This document shows, piece by piece, positions 1 through 8,579 of a DNA stretch of 64,000 nucleotides. The position numbers were made by a program, and so were the translations under genes. Positions within the stretch are counted from its first letter, which is position 1; every line of letters begins with the position of its first letter. The notes beneath the pieces are model-generated. The model searched no databases. It saw nothing but the letters and a program-made list of their open reading frames with translations, and was not told the origin of the DNA. This stretch comes from Hyphomicrobiales bacterium (GTDB lineage Bacteria; Pseudomonadota; Alphaproteobacteria; Rhizobiales; Xanthobacteraceae), in NCBI GenBank assembly GCA_017305595.1, contig JAFKKL010000010.1:185-64184 (forward strand), read 5' to 3'.

Positions 1-669
1 TGCGCCCTTGATGTCGGCGGCGATGCCGGCGCGCGCCTTCTCGGGATCGCGCTTGACGATCGCGTCGAGAATTTCGGCATGGAAGCGCACCGCGCCGCCG
101 GTGTAGATGCGTTCGGGATTCTCGCGCAGGTCGAGATTGATGACCGGGCCGACCTTGAGCCACAGCGCGCGAATGATGCCGACCAGCGTCGGCGACTTCG
201 CCGCCTGATAGACCGCGAAGTGAAACTGCTTGTTGACCTCGACGGCGAGCGGCAGGTCCGGCGTGTCCGACAGGCTTTCGGCGCGCATTGCTTTTTCCGC
301 TGCGGCAATCGCAGGCAGATCGTCGTCAGTGTGATGCTCGGCGGCGAGCGCGGCGGCGTGGCCCTCGATGGCGATGCGGGTGGCGGTGATGTCACGAAAC
401 TGCGCCGCGGACATCACCGGCACGCGGATGGCGCGGTTGGGCGCGACCTCCAGCGCTTTGTCGGCGACGAGGCGCGACACCGCCGCGCGCACCGGCATGA
501 TGGAGACGCCGAGCACTTCGGCGGCGCCGCGCAGCGACAGCTTCTCGCCGGGGGCGAGTCGCCCCGAGATCAACAGGTCGGCGATCCGTGCATAGGCCCG
601 TTCGCCCAGCGTCAGCCGCTCCAGCGGCTCTTCCAGCACCAGCGCGGCGGGCAGGTTCAAGGCATTCAC
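1..669 (-). CDS. GntR-family (FadR/FCD-type) transcriptional regulator; C-terminal end lies outside the window
   Basis: Not in the ORF track because there is no stop inside the window. Hand translation of the minus strand from 669 gives VNALNLPAALVLEEPLERLTLGERAYARIADLLISGRLAPGEKLSLRGAAEVLGVSIMPVRAAVSRLVADKALEVAPNRAIRVP..., a GntR winged-helix N-terminus, open in frame to position 1. Start is GTG 669 or TTG 660 (GGAG about 8 nt upstream). The + ORF 79..678 is its antisense shadow. Confidence 0.8.
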   Translation of the reverse strand, partial: MNALNLPAALVLEEPLERLTLGERAYARIADLLISGRLAPGEKLSLRGAAEVLGVSIMPVRAAVSRLVADKALEVAPNRAIRVPVMSAAQFRDITATRIAIEGHAAALAAEHHTDDDLPAIAAAEKAMRAESLSDTPDLPLAVEVNKQFHFAVYQAAKSPTLVGIIRALWLKVGPVINLDLRENPERIYTGGAVRFHAEILDAIVKRDPEKARAGIAADIKGA

Positions 670-734
670 TCCGGTTAGGAGCCGCAAATAGCGAGAACGG
701 GACTCGACAAGCAAGGCAACTTTTGTCAGTCTAA

Positions 735-753
735 CCGTGATCACAGATCACGG
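735..753. promoter_or_regulatory. Perfect 8-3-8 inverted repeat CCGTGATC-ACA-GATCACGG in the GntR/ABC divergent intergenic region; candidate GntR operator
   Basis: Read directly at 735-753. It contains GT..AC cores, as in FadR/GntR-type operators, and lies between the divergent regulator and transporter genes. Confidence 0.4.
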
Positions 754-838
754 CAAGAAGCACCTCATCCAAAGAATGGTGCGCGCCACGGGACGAGGAC
801 GCCGCCGATGCGCGGCCACCACAGGGAAGGGAACATTC

Positions 839-2095
839 ATGGCTGACAATCCGCAGTTCACGCGCCGCCGCCTGCTGCAATCGGCAGGCGGGCTGGCATT
901 GGCGTCCACCGTCGCCGCGCCGTCGGTGCTGCTGGCGCAATCGTCCGACGTCATCCGCATCGGCCACCTGACGCCGCGCACCGGCTTCCTCGGGCCGCTC
1001 GGCGAATACGGCGTGATGGCCATCGACCTCGCGGTCGAGGAGATCAACGCCAAGGGCGGCGTGATGGGCCGCAAGATCGAACTGTTGAAGGAAGACTCGG
1101 TCAACCCACAGACCGCTTCCACCAAGGCCGAGCGCATGATCGAGCGCGACAAGGTCGCCTGTATCATCGGCGAGATTTCCTCGGCGTCGTGTCTCACCAT
1201 CGCGCAGGTGGCCCAGCGCAACAAGACGCTGTTCATCAACACCGGCGGCAACTCCGACGCGCTGCGCGGCTCCGACTGCAAACGCTACATGTTCCATGTC
1301 GAGTCGCAGAACTCGATGTATGTGAAGACGGCGGGCCGCGCCTTCCTGCGCGACGGGCTGGTGAAGGGCAAGAAGTGGTACTCGTTGACGGCGGACTACG
1401 CCTTCGGCCATGACCTCCTGAAAGTGTCGAAGCGCTTCATGCAGGCCAACGGCGGCGACTTCGCCGGTGACGATCTGGTGCCGACCGACGCTGCCGACTT
1501 CTCGTCGTATCTCTTGAAAATCCGCGACGCCAAGCCGGACCTCGTGGTGATCAACCTCGCCGGCAACCAGATCACAAACTTCCTGAAACAGTATGCCGAG
1601 TTCGGCCTGAAATTCCCGGTCGGCGGCTTCGGCTTCGACACCGCGCTGGCGTGGGCGGCGGGCAAGGGCAATTTCGTCGGCACCTGGCCGGTGGTGTGGC
1701 ATCACATGATCGACACCGCGGGCACCAAGGCTTTCGTCGGCGCCTTCACCAAGAAGTACAACAAGCCGCCGGAGAATCAGGCGTGGGGCGATTACATCGC
1801 CATGAAGATCGTGGCGCAGACCATCAACGATCTGAAGTCGCTGGAATCGCCGAAGATCATCGAGCATTTCGAGAAGGGCGCGAAGTTCGATCTTCTGAAG
1901 ACGCGCGAAGGTTACTTCCGCGCCTCCGATCACCAGCTGATGCACGAGATGTATACGGTGACGGCGCTGCCCGCCGACAAGATCAAGAACCAGTGGGACA
2001 TCTTCAGTTCGGGCGCGCCGGTGCCGGGCCCGGATGAAAGTCTCGAAGTGATTGCAGCGACCAAGGAAGAAAACAGCTGCACGTTCCCGACCTGA
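839..2095 (+). CDS. ABC transporter substrate-binding protein, Leu/Ile/Val-binding (HAAT) family, Tat signal
   Basis: ORF 737..2095 trimmed to ATG 839 (purine-rich GGGAAGGGA just upstream). MADNPQFTRRRLLQSAGGLALAS...AQS is a twin-arginine signal. The body resembles LivJ/LivK-type periplasmic binding proteins. Confidence 0.9.
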   Translation: MADNPQFTRRRLLQSAGGLALASTVAAPSVLLAQSSDVIRIGHLTPRTGFLGPLGEYGVMAIDLAVEEINAKGGVMGRKIELLKEDSVNPQTASTKAERMIERDKVACIIGEISSASCLTIAQVAQRNKTLFINTGGNSDALRGSDCKRYMFHVESQNSMYVKTAGRAFLRDGLVKGKKWYSLTADYAFGHDLLKVSKRFMQANGGDFAGDDLVPTDAADFSSYLLKIRDAKPDLVVINLAGNQITNFLKQYAEFGLKFPVGGFGFDTALAWAAGKGNFVGTWPVVWHHMIDTAGTKAFVGAFTKKYNKPPENQAWGDYIAMKIVAQTINDLKSLESPKIIEHFEKGAKFDLLKTREGYFRASDHQLMHEMYTVTALPADKIKNQWDIFSSGAPVPGPDESLEVIAATKEENSCTFPT

Positions 2096-2110
2096 TCGGG
2101 ACATTGACTG

Positions 2111-2136
2111 CGGCCGGACGCTGACCCGTCCGGCCG
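2111..2136 (+). terminator. Intercistronic hairpin (10-bp perfect stem CGGCCGGACG / CGTCCGGCCG, 6-nt loop) between the SBP and permease genes
   Basis: Read directly. It is followed by a T-rich stretch, tcattcctttctt. This is a typical attenuator or mRNA-stabiliser position after the binding-protein gene of an ABC operon. Confidence 0.5.
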
Positions 2137-2213
2137 TCATTCCTTTCTTGCCCGCGCCATTCTGCGGCGCGCATCGTCATTATCCCGTCGCAGCCGAGGG
2201 CCTTGCCGTGTCC

Positions 2214-3086
2214 ATGCTCCTGATGCAGCAGATCCTCAACGGATTGCTCGACGGCGTTTATTATCTCCTGATCGCGCTCGGGCTGTCGCTGATCTTCTCG
2301 CTCGGCGGTATCGTCAACCTCGCGCACGGCGCGTTCTTCGCCATCGGCGCGTATCTCACGCTGGTGATCTCGCCCTACCTCGGATTCGGTGGCGCGCTGG
2401 TGCTGTCGCCGGTGCTGGTGGCGCTGCTCGGCATTGTCATCGAGCGCACGTTGTTTCGTCGCTTCTATCGATCCGATCCGATCCTGTCGCTGCTGCTCAC
2501 CTTCGGTCTCGCGATGGTGGCGGAGCAGGCGCTGCGCATGATCTTTGGCGCACCGCCATTGTCGTATTCGATTCCGCAAGCGCTGCGCGGGCAGGTGATC
2601 GTCGGCAACTTCATCTATTCGTTCTATCGTGTGGTGCTGATCGGCATCGCGATCGCCTGCGTCGCGGGGCTCTGGTTCCTGTTGCAGAAGACGCCGTTCG
2701 GCCGCGTGGTGCGCGCCGGCGTGCAGAATCCGGACATGGTCGGCGCGCTCGGCATTTCGTTGCAGCCTTACATGGCGGCGGTGGCCGCGCTCGGCATCGG
2801 TCTCGCGGGCTTGGCCGGCGTGTTGCTGGCGCCGATCTATGCGGTGCATCCGGCGATGGGCAACGAGATCATCACGCCGGCTTTCGTCGTGGTGGTGATC
2901 GGTGGACTCGGTTCGTTCTGGGGCGTCGTCGTCGCGGCGTTGCTGGTCGGGCTGGTGAAAGGCGTGATGGTCGGCATCGGCTACTCAGCGGCGTCCACCG
3001 CGGCGATCTATCTCCTGATGCTGCTGGTGCTGCTGTTCCGGCCGCGCGGATTGTTCGGCGAACGCATGACGCGGCTGGAGCAATAG
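2214..3086 (+). CDS. Branched-chain amino acid-type ABC transporter permease (LivH-like)
   Basis: ORF 2052..3086 trimmed to ATG 2214. MLLMQQILNGLLDGVYYLLIALGLSLIFSLGGIVNLAHGAF is a classic LivH-type N-terminus, and the protein is hydrophobic throughout. Confidence 0.9.
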   Translation: MLLMQQILNGLLDGVYYLLIALGLSLIFSLGGIVNLAHGAFFAIGAYLTLVISPYLGFGGALVLSPVLVALLGIVIERTLFRRFYRSDPILSLLLTFGLAMVAEQALRMIFGAPPLSYSIPQALRGQVIVGNFIYSFYRVVLIGIAIACVAGLWFLLQKTPFGRVVRAGVQNPDMVGALGISLQPYMAAVAALGIGLAGLAGVLLAPIYAVHPAMGNEIITPAFVVVVIGGLGSFWGVVVAALLVGLVKGVMVGIGYSAASTAAIYLLMLLVLLFRPRGLFGERMTRLEQ

Positions 3087-3089
3087 ATC

Positions 3090-5609
3090 ATGCGACAGCT
3101 CTTTCCCGCGCCGCTCGTCGCCGCTTTCGTCAGCCTCATCGTGTTGCCGCCGGTGCTGCTGGCGCTCGGCCTCACCATGACCTCCGCCACCGAAGTCGTA
3201 GTGTTCGCCATGGCCTGCATGGCGCTCAACATTCTCGTCGGCTATACGGGCCTCGTGTCCTTCGGCCACGGCGCATGGTTCGGGCTCGCGGCCTACGCGG
3301 CGGCGCTGCTTCAACGCGACCTGATGCCGGGCTCGTTCGTTGGTCCCGTGATCGGCGGCATGGTTATCGTCGCGCTGCTGGCGGCCCCGTTCGGCTACCT
3401 GTTCCTGCGCCGGCGCGGCGTCTATTTTGCGCTGCTGACATTGGCGCTGGCGGCGATGCTCTACGTGGTCGCGTTCCGCTGGACCGACGTGACCGGCGGC
3501 GAGAACGGACTCGGCGGCATCACGCGGCCGACCTGGTTCGGCATCGATTTCGAATCCTCCACCAACTATTACTGGCTGGTGGCGGCGATTGCCTTCGTCG
3601 TGCTGATCGTGCTGTGGCGCTTCCACAATTCCACCGTCGGCTCGGTGCTGGTGGCGATCCGCGAGAACGAGCAGCGCGCGCGCTTCCTCGGCTATCCGGT
3701 CAATCAGTACAAGCTTGCGGCCTTCGTGCTGTCGGCCTCCATCACCGGCCTCGCCGGCATCCTGCTGCTGTACAAGAACCGCATGACGTCGGCCGATCCG
3801 ATCAACGTCGCCTTCTCCGGCGAGCTGCTGGCGATGGTGGTGATCGGTGGCATGCGCAGTTTCATCGGCCCGGCCATCGGCGCCCTGTTCTACGTGCTGT
3901 TTCGTGAGTTTCTCTCGATCTACACCGAGAACTGGCTGTTCTGGCTCGGCCTGATCTTCGTGACCTTCGTGGTGTTCTCGCCCACCGGTCTCGTCGGCGT
4001 GTGGGAGCGCGCCACTGCGCCGTTCCGCAAGAAGGTGGTGGAAGATGCCGCGATGTCGGCGCGCAAGATCGAGGCGCTGCCGCTACCGGACTTCCTGCGC
4101 CCGACCGCGCATGTCGACGGCGCGGTGCTCGCCGCCGACAACATCGTCAAGAGTTTTGGTGGCATCAAGGCGGTGCAGGGCGTCGATATCGCAGTCGCAG
4201 ATCGCACGCTTCACGCGTTGATCGGGCCGAATGGCGCGGGCAAAACGTCCGCCTTCAATCTGTTGTCCGGCATGTTCGCGCCGGATTCAGGCGCGGTGAC
4301 GTTGCTCGGCAAACCCATCGCCGGACGAACGCCGGAAGCCATCGCCAGCGCCGGCATCGGTCGCTCGTTCCAGATCACCAACCTGTTTCCGGCGCTGAGC
4401 GTCGGCGAAAACATTCGCTTGGCGGTGCAGGGCCGCCATCCGCGCCGCTTCGATCCGTGGACCAATGCGCTCTCGATTGCCGATATCAATCGCGAGACCG
4501 ACGCGGTGATCCGCTATCTCGGTCTCGCCGGCATCGAGCGCGCGGAAGCCGGCGCGCTGTCCTATGGCGGACAGCGACTGCTGGACATGGGCGTCGCGCT
4601 GGCCACCGCGCCGCGCGTGCTGCTGCTCGACGAACCGCTGGCGGGCCTGGCGGCCGCCGAGCGCGAACGCATCGGCGCCATCATCAAGCGCATCTCGACC
4701 GATCTGCCGGTGCTGCTGGTCGAGCACGATATCGACCGCGTCTTTCAACTCGCCGACCGCGTCACCGTGATGAACGAGGGCCGCGTGCTGCTCGACGGCA
4801 CGGTGGAGGACGCGCGCGGCAGCGCCAAGGTGCAGGAGGTCTACATCGGCTCGGGCGCGGCGGCGGTGGCGGCGAAGCCGCGCGAGGCGGCGGCGACGCC
4901 GGAGCCACTGCTGGAGGTGTCGAACGTCGATACCTTCTACGGCAAGAGCCACATCCTCAACGACGTGAACTTCACGCTGCATCATAACGAGATCATCGCG
5001 CTGCTCGGCCGCAACGGCGCCGGCAAATCGACGCTGCTGAAAACGCTGATCGGCATCGCGCCGGCGGCGAACGGGTCGATCAAGCTCGCTGGTCATGAAC
5101 TCGTCGGGCGGCCATCGGCGGAATGCGCGCGGCTCGGCATCGGCTACGTGCCACAGGGGCGCGGACTGTTCGCCGGCATGAGCGTGGCGCAGAACCTCGA
5201 ACTCGGCGGCCTCAAGCGGCAGACAGGCCACGGCATCCACTGGACCCGCGAACGCATCTACGACTATTTCCCGCGCATCCGCGAGCGGCTCGACAGCCCG
5301 GCGGACTATCTCTCTGGCGGCGAGCAGCAGATGGTGGCGGTGGCGCGCGCGCTGTCCGGCGACGTGCGCGTGCTGCTGCTCGACGAGCCGTTCGAAGGGC
5401 TGGCGCCGGCGGTGGTCGAACAATTGTTCGAAACCTTCGACCGGTTGCGCAAGGAAGTCGCGATCATTATCGTCGACCATCATCTCGATCTCGCGCTGGC
5501 TTTGTCGGACACCACCGTCGCGCTGGAGCGCGGCCGGGTGATCCATCAGGGACCGTCGCGCGCGCTGCGCGACGACCTCGATCTGCGCCGCAAGGTGCTG
5601 TGGTTGTGA
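3090..5609 (+). CDS. Fused ABC permease + two ATPase domains (LivM-LivG-LivF in one 839-aa polypeptide)
   Basis: One uninterrupted ORF. aa 1-310 form a LivM-like membrane domain. aa ~345-587 form NBD1 (Walker A GPNGAGKTS, signature LSYGGQRLLD, Walker B LLLDEPLAG). aa ~607-839 form NBD2 (GRNGAGKST, LSGGEQQMVAV, LLLDEPFEG). It starts 4 nt after the livH-like stop. Confidence 0.9.
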   Translation: MRQLFPAPLVAAFVSLIVLPPVLLALGLTMTSATEVVVFAMACMALNILVGYTGLVSFGHGAWFGLAAYAAALLQRDLMPGSFVGPVIGGMVIVALLAAPFGYLFLRRRGVYFALLTLALAAMLYVVAFRWTDVTGGENGLGGITRPTWFGIDFESSTNYYWLVAAIAFVVLIVLWRFHNSTVGSVLVAIRENEQRARFLGYPVNQYKLAAFVLSASITGLAGILLLYKNRMTSADPINVAFSGELLAMVVIGGMRSFIGPAIGALFYVLFREFLSIYTENWLFWLGLIFVTFVVFSPTGLVGVWERATAPFRKKVVEDAAMSARKIEALPLPDFLRPTAHVDGAVLAADNIVKSFGGIKAVQGVDIAVADRTLHALIGPNGAGKTSAFNLLSGMFAPDSGAVTLLGKPIAGRTPEAIASAGIGRSFQITNLFPALSVGENIRLAVQGRHPRRFDPWTNALSIADINRETDAVIRYLGLAGIERAEAGALSYGGQRLLDMGVALATAPRVLLLDEPLAGLAAAERERIGAIIKRISTDLPVLLVEHDIDRVFQLADRVTVMNEGRVLLDGTVEDARGSAKVQEVYIGSGAAAVAAKPREAAATPEPLLEVSNVDTFYGKSHILNDVNFTLHHNEIIALLGRNGAGKSTLLKTLIGIAPAANGSIKLAGHELVGRPSAECARLGIGYVPQGRGLFAGMSVAQNLELGGLKRQTGHGIHWTRERIYDYFPRIRERLDSPADYLSGGEQQMVAVARALSGDVRVLLLDEPFEGLAPAVVEQLFETFDRLRKEVAIIIVDHHLDLALALSDTTVALERGRVIHQGPSRALRDDLDLRRKVLWL

Positions 5610-5628
5610 GGTGGACCCACCCACCTTC

Positions 5629-5718
5629 GTCATGGCCGGGCTTGTCCCGGCCATCCACGTCTCTCTGCTCGTCAACTGATGCAAAGACGTGGATGCCCGG
5701 CACAAGGCCGGGCATGAC
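5629..5718. repeat. Composite REP-like palindromic element, copy A
   Basis: Left arm 5629-5662 is GTCATGGCCGGGCTTGTCCCGGCCATCCACGTCT. Right arm 5685-5718 is its near reverse complement (AGACGTGGATGCCCGGCACAAGGCCGGGCATGAC). Each arm is itself a hairpin. The element is intergenic, directly after the ABC gene stop. Confidence 0.85.
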
Positions 5719-5770
5719 GATGAGAGACATGTAGTGTATTCAACTCAACTCATGCAGGACGTGTCTTAGT

Positions 5771-6718
5771 ATGTCGGACCAACAAAGCGTCGCCATCGTC
5801 GGAACGGGTCTGATCGGCTGCGCCTGGGCCGCGATCTTCGCGCGTGCCGGATGGCAGGTGCGGTTGACAGATCCGCATGCACTGACGCTTGAAGCCGCAC
5901 CACAACGCATCGCCGACGAACTGCGCGGACTGGCGCGGCATGGACTATGCGACGATCCCGAAGGCGCAGCAAAGCGGCTGACAGTGGCGCGCGATCTCGC
6001 GGACGCCGTCGCCGGCGTCACCTTCGTGCAGGAGAACGGTCCGGAGAAGATCGACGACAAGATCGCGATCTTCAAGGAGCTCGATCGCCTCGCGCCGCCG
6101 GGCGCGATCCTCGCCTCGTCCACGTCCGCCATCGTCGCGTCGCGCTTCACGGAAAACCTGCCGGGCCGCGCGCGCTGTCTCGTCGGTCATCCCGTCAATC
6201 CGCCGCATCTGGTGCCGCTGGTCGAACTGTGCGGCGCGCCGTGGACCTCGCCCGACACCATCGCCCGTGCACGCGAGGTCTATCTCGTCATCGGGCAGGT
6301 GCCGGTAACGGTCAATCGCGAGATCAACGGTTTTGTGCTCAATCGTTTGCAGGGTGCGTTGCTGGCGGAAGCGTTTCGTCTGGTGGGGGAGGGCTACGTC
6401 TCGGCGGAAGATCTCGATCACACCGTCAAGAACGGCCTCGGCCTGCGCTGGTCGTTCCTCGGGCCAATGGAAACCATCGAACTCAACGCGCCGGGCGGCA
6501 TCGCCGATTACTGCGCGCGCTATACCGGCTTCTACAAGGAGTTGGCGAAAGGCGCGGCCGGTCCGTCGGTGTATGAAAGTCCGAACGTCGACCGGGTGAT
6601 CGCCGCATGGCCGCATCAGGCCACGCCAGAGCGCCTCGCATCGCTGACGCGACGGCGCAATGAACGTCTTGCGGCGCTGGCCGCGCACAAGCAGAAACAA
6701 GCCGCGAACGACGCGTGA
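5771..6718 (+). CDS. NAD-dependent 3-hydroxyacid dehydrogenase of the 3-hydroxyacyl-CoA dehydrogenase family (lambda-crystallin / L-gulonate 3-dehydrogenase / L-carnitine dehydrogenase-like)
   Basis: Motifs seen: IVGTGLIGCAWAAIFARAG Rossmann motif, GHPVNPPHLVPLVEL, EINGFVLNRLQ, LGLRWSFLGPMETIELNAPGG. The end-to-end resemblance to CRYL1-type enzymes is recalled from memory, not searched. Confidence 0.8.
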   Translation: MSDQQSVAIVGTGLIGCAWAAIFARAGWQVRLTDPHALTLEAAPQRIADELRGLARHGLCDDPEGAAKRLTVARDLADAVAGVTFVQENGPEKIDDKIAIFKELDRLAPPGAILASSTSAIVASRFTENLPGRARCLVGHPVNPPHLVPLVELCGAPWTSPDTIARAREVYLVIGQVPVTVNREINGFVLNRLQGALLAEAFRLVGEGYVSAEDLDHTVKNGLGLRWSFLGPMETIELNAPGGIADYCARYTGFYKELAKGAAGPSVYESPNVDRVIAAWPHQATPERLASLTRRRNERLAALAAHKQKQAANDA

Positions 6719-6758
6719 GCGCGGTCCATTCCATTTCGATCGAGCAAGGAAGCCTGTC

Positions 6759-7682
6759 ATGAGCCGTAAAGTCATCATCACCTGCGCCGTCACCGGCGCG
6801 ATCCATACGCCGTCGATGTCGAAGGCCCTGCCGGTGACGCCGCAGGAGATCGCGGATGCCGCCATCGGCGCAGCGGAGGCGGGCGCCGCCATCGTGCATC
6901 TGCACGCGCGCAATGTCGAAACGGGGCAGCCGGATCAATCGCCGGAAGCCTTCGCGCCGTTCCTGAAAATCATCAAGCAGCGCTCCAACTGCGTGGTGAA
7001 CCTCACCACCGGCGGCTCGCCGACGATGATGGTGGAGGAGCGCGTGCGCCCGGCGGCGGTGTATCAGCCGGAGGTGGCGTCGCTCAACATGGGCTCGATG
7101 AATTTTGGCCTGTTCGGCATGCTCAACCGCTTCAAGGATTTCAAGCACGACTGGGAGCGCAAGCATCTCGAGAACAAGGACATCGTGTTCCGCAACACCT
7201 TCAAGGATATCGAGTTCGTGCTGCGCACGCTGTCGGAATCAGGCACGCGGTTCGAGTTCGAATGCTACGACACCGCGCATCTGCACAACCTCAATTACTT
7301 CCTGATGGAAGGTCTGGTGAAGCCGCCGCTGTTCGTGCAGACGGTGTTCGGTTTGCAAGGCGGCATCGGCGCGCATCCCGACGAAGTGCTGCACATGAAG
7401 CGCACCGCGGATCGCCTGTTCGGTGACAAGTATCGCTGGTCGGTGCTGGGTGCCGGCCGCAATCAATTGCCGATTGCGGCGATGGCGGCGGCGATGGGCG
7501 GCAACGTCCGCGTCGGCCTCGAAGACTCGCTGTGGGGTGGGCCGGGACGTCTGGCGGAGTCGAACGCCGAACAGGTCCGCGCGGTGCGCAAGATCATCGA
7601 GGGGCTCGGGCTTGAAGTGGCGTCACCCGATGAAGCGCGCGAGATTTTGCATCTCAAGGGCGGCGATACGCTGAAGGTGTGA
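6759..7682 (+). CDS. Beta-keto acid cleavage enzyme (BKACE / DUF849; 3-keto-5-aminohexanoate cleavage enzyme family)
   Basis: ORF 6660..7682 trimmed to ATG 6759 (AAGGAA 7 nt upstream). MSRKVIITCAVTGAIHTPSMS...IVHLHARN...NLTTGGSP are BKACE TIM-barrel signatures. Confidence 0.9.
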   Translation: MSRKVIITCAVTGAIHTPSMSKALPVTPQEIADAAIGAAEAGAAIVHLHARNVETGQPDQSPEAFAPFLKIIKQRSNCVVNLTTGGSPTMMVEERVRPAAVYQPEVASLNMGSMNFGLFGMLNRFKDFKHDWERKHLENKDIVFRNTFKDIEFVLRTLSESGTRFEFECYDTAHLHNLNYFLMEGLVKPPLFVQTVFGLQGGIGAHPDEVLHMKRTADRLFGDKYRWSVLGAGRNQLPIAAMAAAMGGNVRVGLEDSLWGGPGRLAESNAEQVRAVRKIIEGLGLEVASPDEAREILHLKGGDTLKV

Positions 7683-7699
7683 GCGCATTCGCTCCCTGT

Positions 7700-7772
7700 G
7701 TCATTGCCGGGCTTGACCCGGCAATCCATCCTTCTTGACGTGATGGATGCGCGGATCAAGTCCGCGCATGAC
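7700..7772. repeat. Composite REP-like palindromic element, copy B
   Basis: GTCATTGCCGGGCTTGACCCGGCAATCCATCC (7700-7731), a short spacer, then GATGGATGCGCGGATCAAGTCCGCGCATGAC (7742-7772). It lies between convergent genes and has nearly the same architecture as copy C. Confidence 0.85.
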
Positions 7773-7793
7773 GTCTCTCAAAAACCAGACGCT

Positions 7794-8576
7794 TTACCCC
7801 CGCAATGCCGCCAGCGTCTGTTCCGGCTGCTCCAGCATCATCATGTGGCCGGCGCCGGGCAGCACCACGGTGCGCGCGTCGGTGAGCGAGCCCGCCAGCG
7901 CCTTGCCGGATTTCAGCGGCGTCATCATGTCGCGCTCGCCGAGGATCAGCGTCACCGGCACCTTGATCTTCGCGGCCGCCTCGAGCGCGCCCTGATAGGC
8001 GTTGCAGGCGGAGAGATCGGTGAACAGCACGTCGCGCGCGACGTTCTTCAAGACGCGCTGCGCGCCGCCGTGCATCCACAGGCCGGGCAGCGGGCAGCCG
8101 CCGAGTTCGGCGCGGAAGCCGAGGCCCCAGATCGACATCATGTCGATGGCGCCGGGATCGTTGTCCTTGGCGTTCTGCAACAACTCCGGACCAACCGCCA
8201 TCGCGGCGGAGGTGCCGAGCAGGCTCAGCTTCGTCACCTTGTCGGGATGCCGCGCCGCGGTTTCGATCGCGATCAGCGAGCCCATCGAATGGCCGATCAG
8301 CCACGCGTCTTTCGCTCCAGCGGCGGTGATCAGCGCCGCCGTCCAGTCCGCTAACTCCGCGATCGACCCGAGCGGCTTGCCGCCGGAGTGGCCGTGGCCC
8401 GGCAGGTCGGGCGCCAGCAGATTATAGCCGTGATGCGCGAACCAGCGGCTGTGCAGCGACCATGTCGATGAATCGAAGCCCGCGCCGTGCAGCATCACCA
8501 CGGTCGGCAGCGATGCGTCGAAGTCGCGTCCGCCGCAGGCGATGAAAGTGTCGATCCCGTTGACCTTGAGCTGCAT
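7794..8576 (-). CDS. Alpha/beta-fold hydrolase
   Basis: Motifs seen: HGAGFDSSTW, nucleophile elbow GHSMGS, C-terminal GAGHMMMLEQP. It starts 3 nt downstream of the metY stop, so co-transcription is likely. Confidence 0.85.
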   Translation of the reverse strand: MQLKVNGIDTFIACGGRDFDASLPTVVMLHGAGFDSSTWSLHSRWFAHHGYNLLAPDLPGHGHSGGKPLGSIAELADWTAALITAAGAKDAWLIGHSMGSLIAIETAARHPDKVTKLSLLGTSAAMAVGPELLQNAKDNDPGAIDMMSIWGLGFRAELGGCPLPGLWMHGGAQRVLKNVARDVLFTDLSACNAYQGALEAAAKIKVPVTLILGERDMMTPLKSGKALAGSLTDARTVVLPGAGHMMMLEQPEQTLAALRG

Positions 8577-8579
8577 GGC

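Noticed and set aside
79-678. 199-aa + strand ORF at the window start
   Set aside because: It is the antisense shadow of a GntR-family regulator, whose minus-strand translation shows a textbook winged-helix N-terminus. The + strand product is an R/G/D-rich string with no recognisable motif.
731-2140. Long antisense ORFs in the track, such as 731..2140 -, 4287..5705 -, 8487..10118 +, 10714..11826 -, 28479..30089 -, 49718..50881 -, 52469..54100 + and 54792..56045 -, considered as possible genes
   Set aside because: Their translations are Arg/Ala/Gly/His/Asp-rich low-complexity strings without any domain motif. Each is fully overlapped by an opposite-strand ORF with clear family signatures. Long shadow ORFs are expected in DNA this GC-rich because stop codons are rare.
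5467-5734. Small ORFs encoding ..MPGLVPGIHVF.. / ..LPGLTRQSILLDVMDARIKSAHDV.. (also 7698.. and within 11028..12206)
   Set aside because: These peptides are translations of the REP-like palindromic repeats. The same DNA reads similarly on both strands and recurs in intergenic positions, so they are not protein genes.
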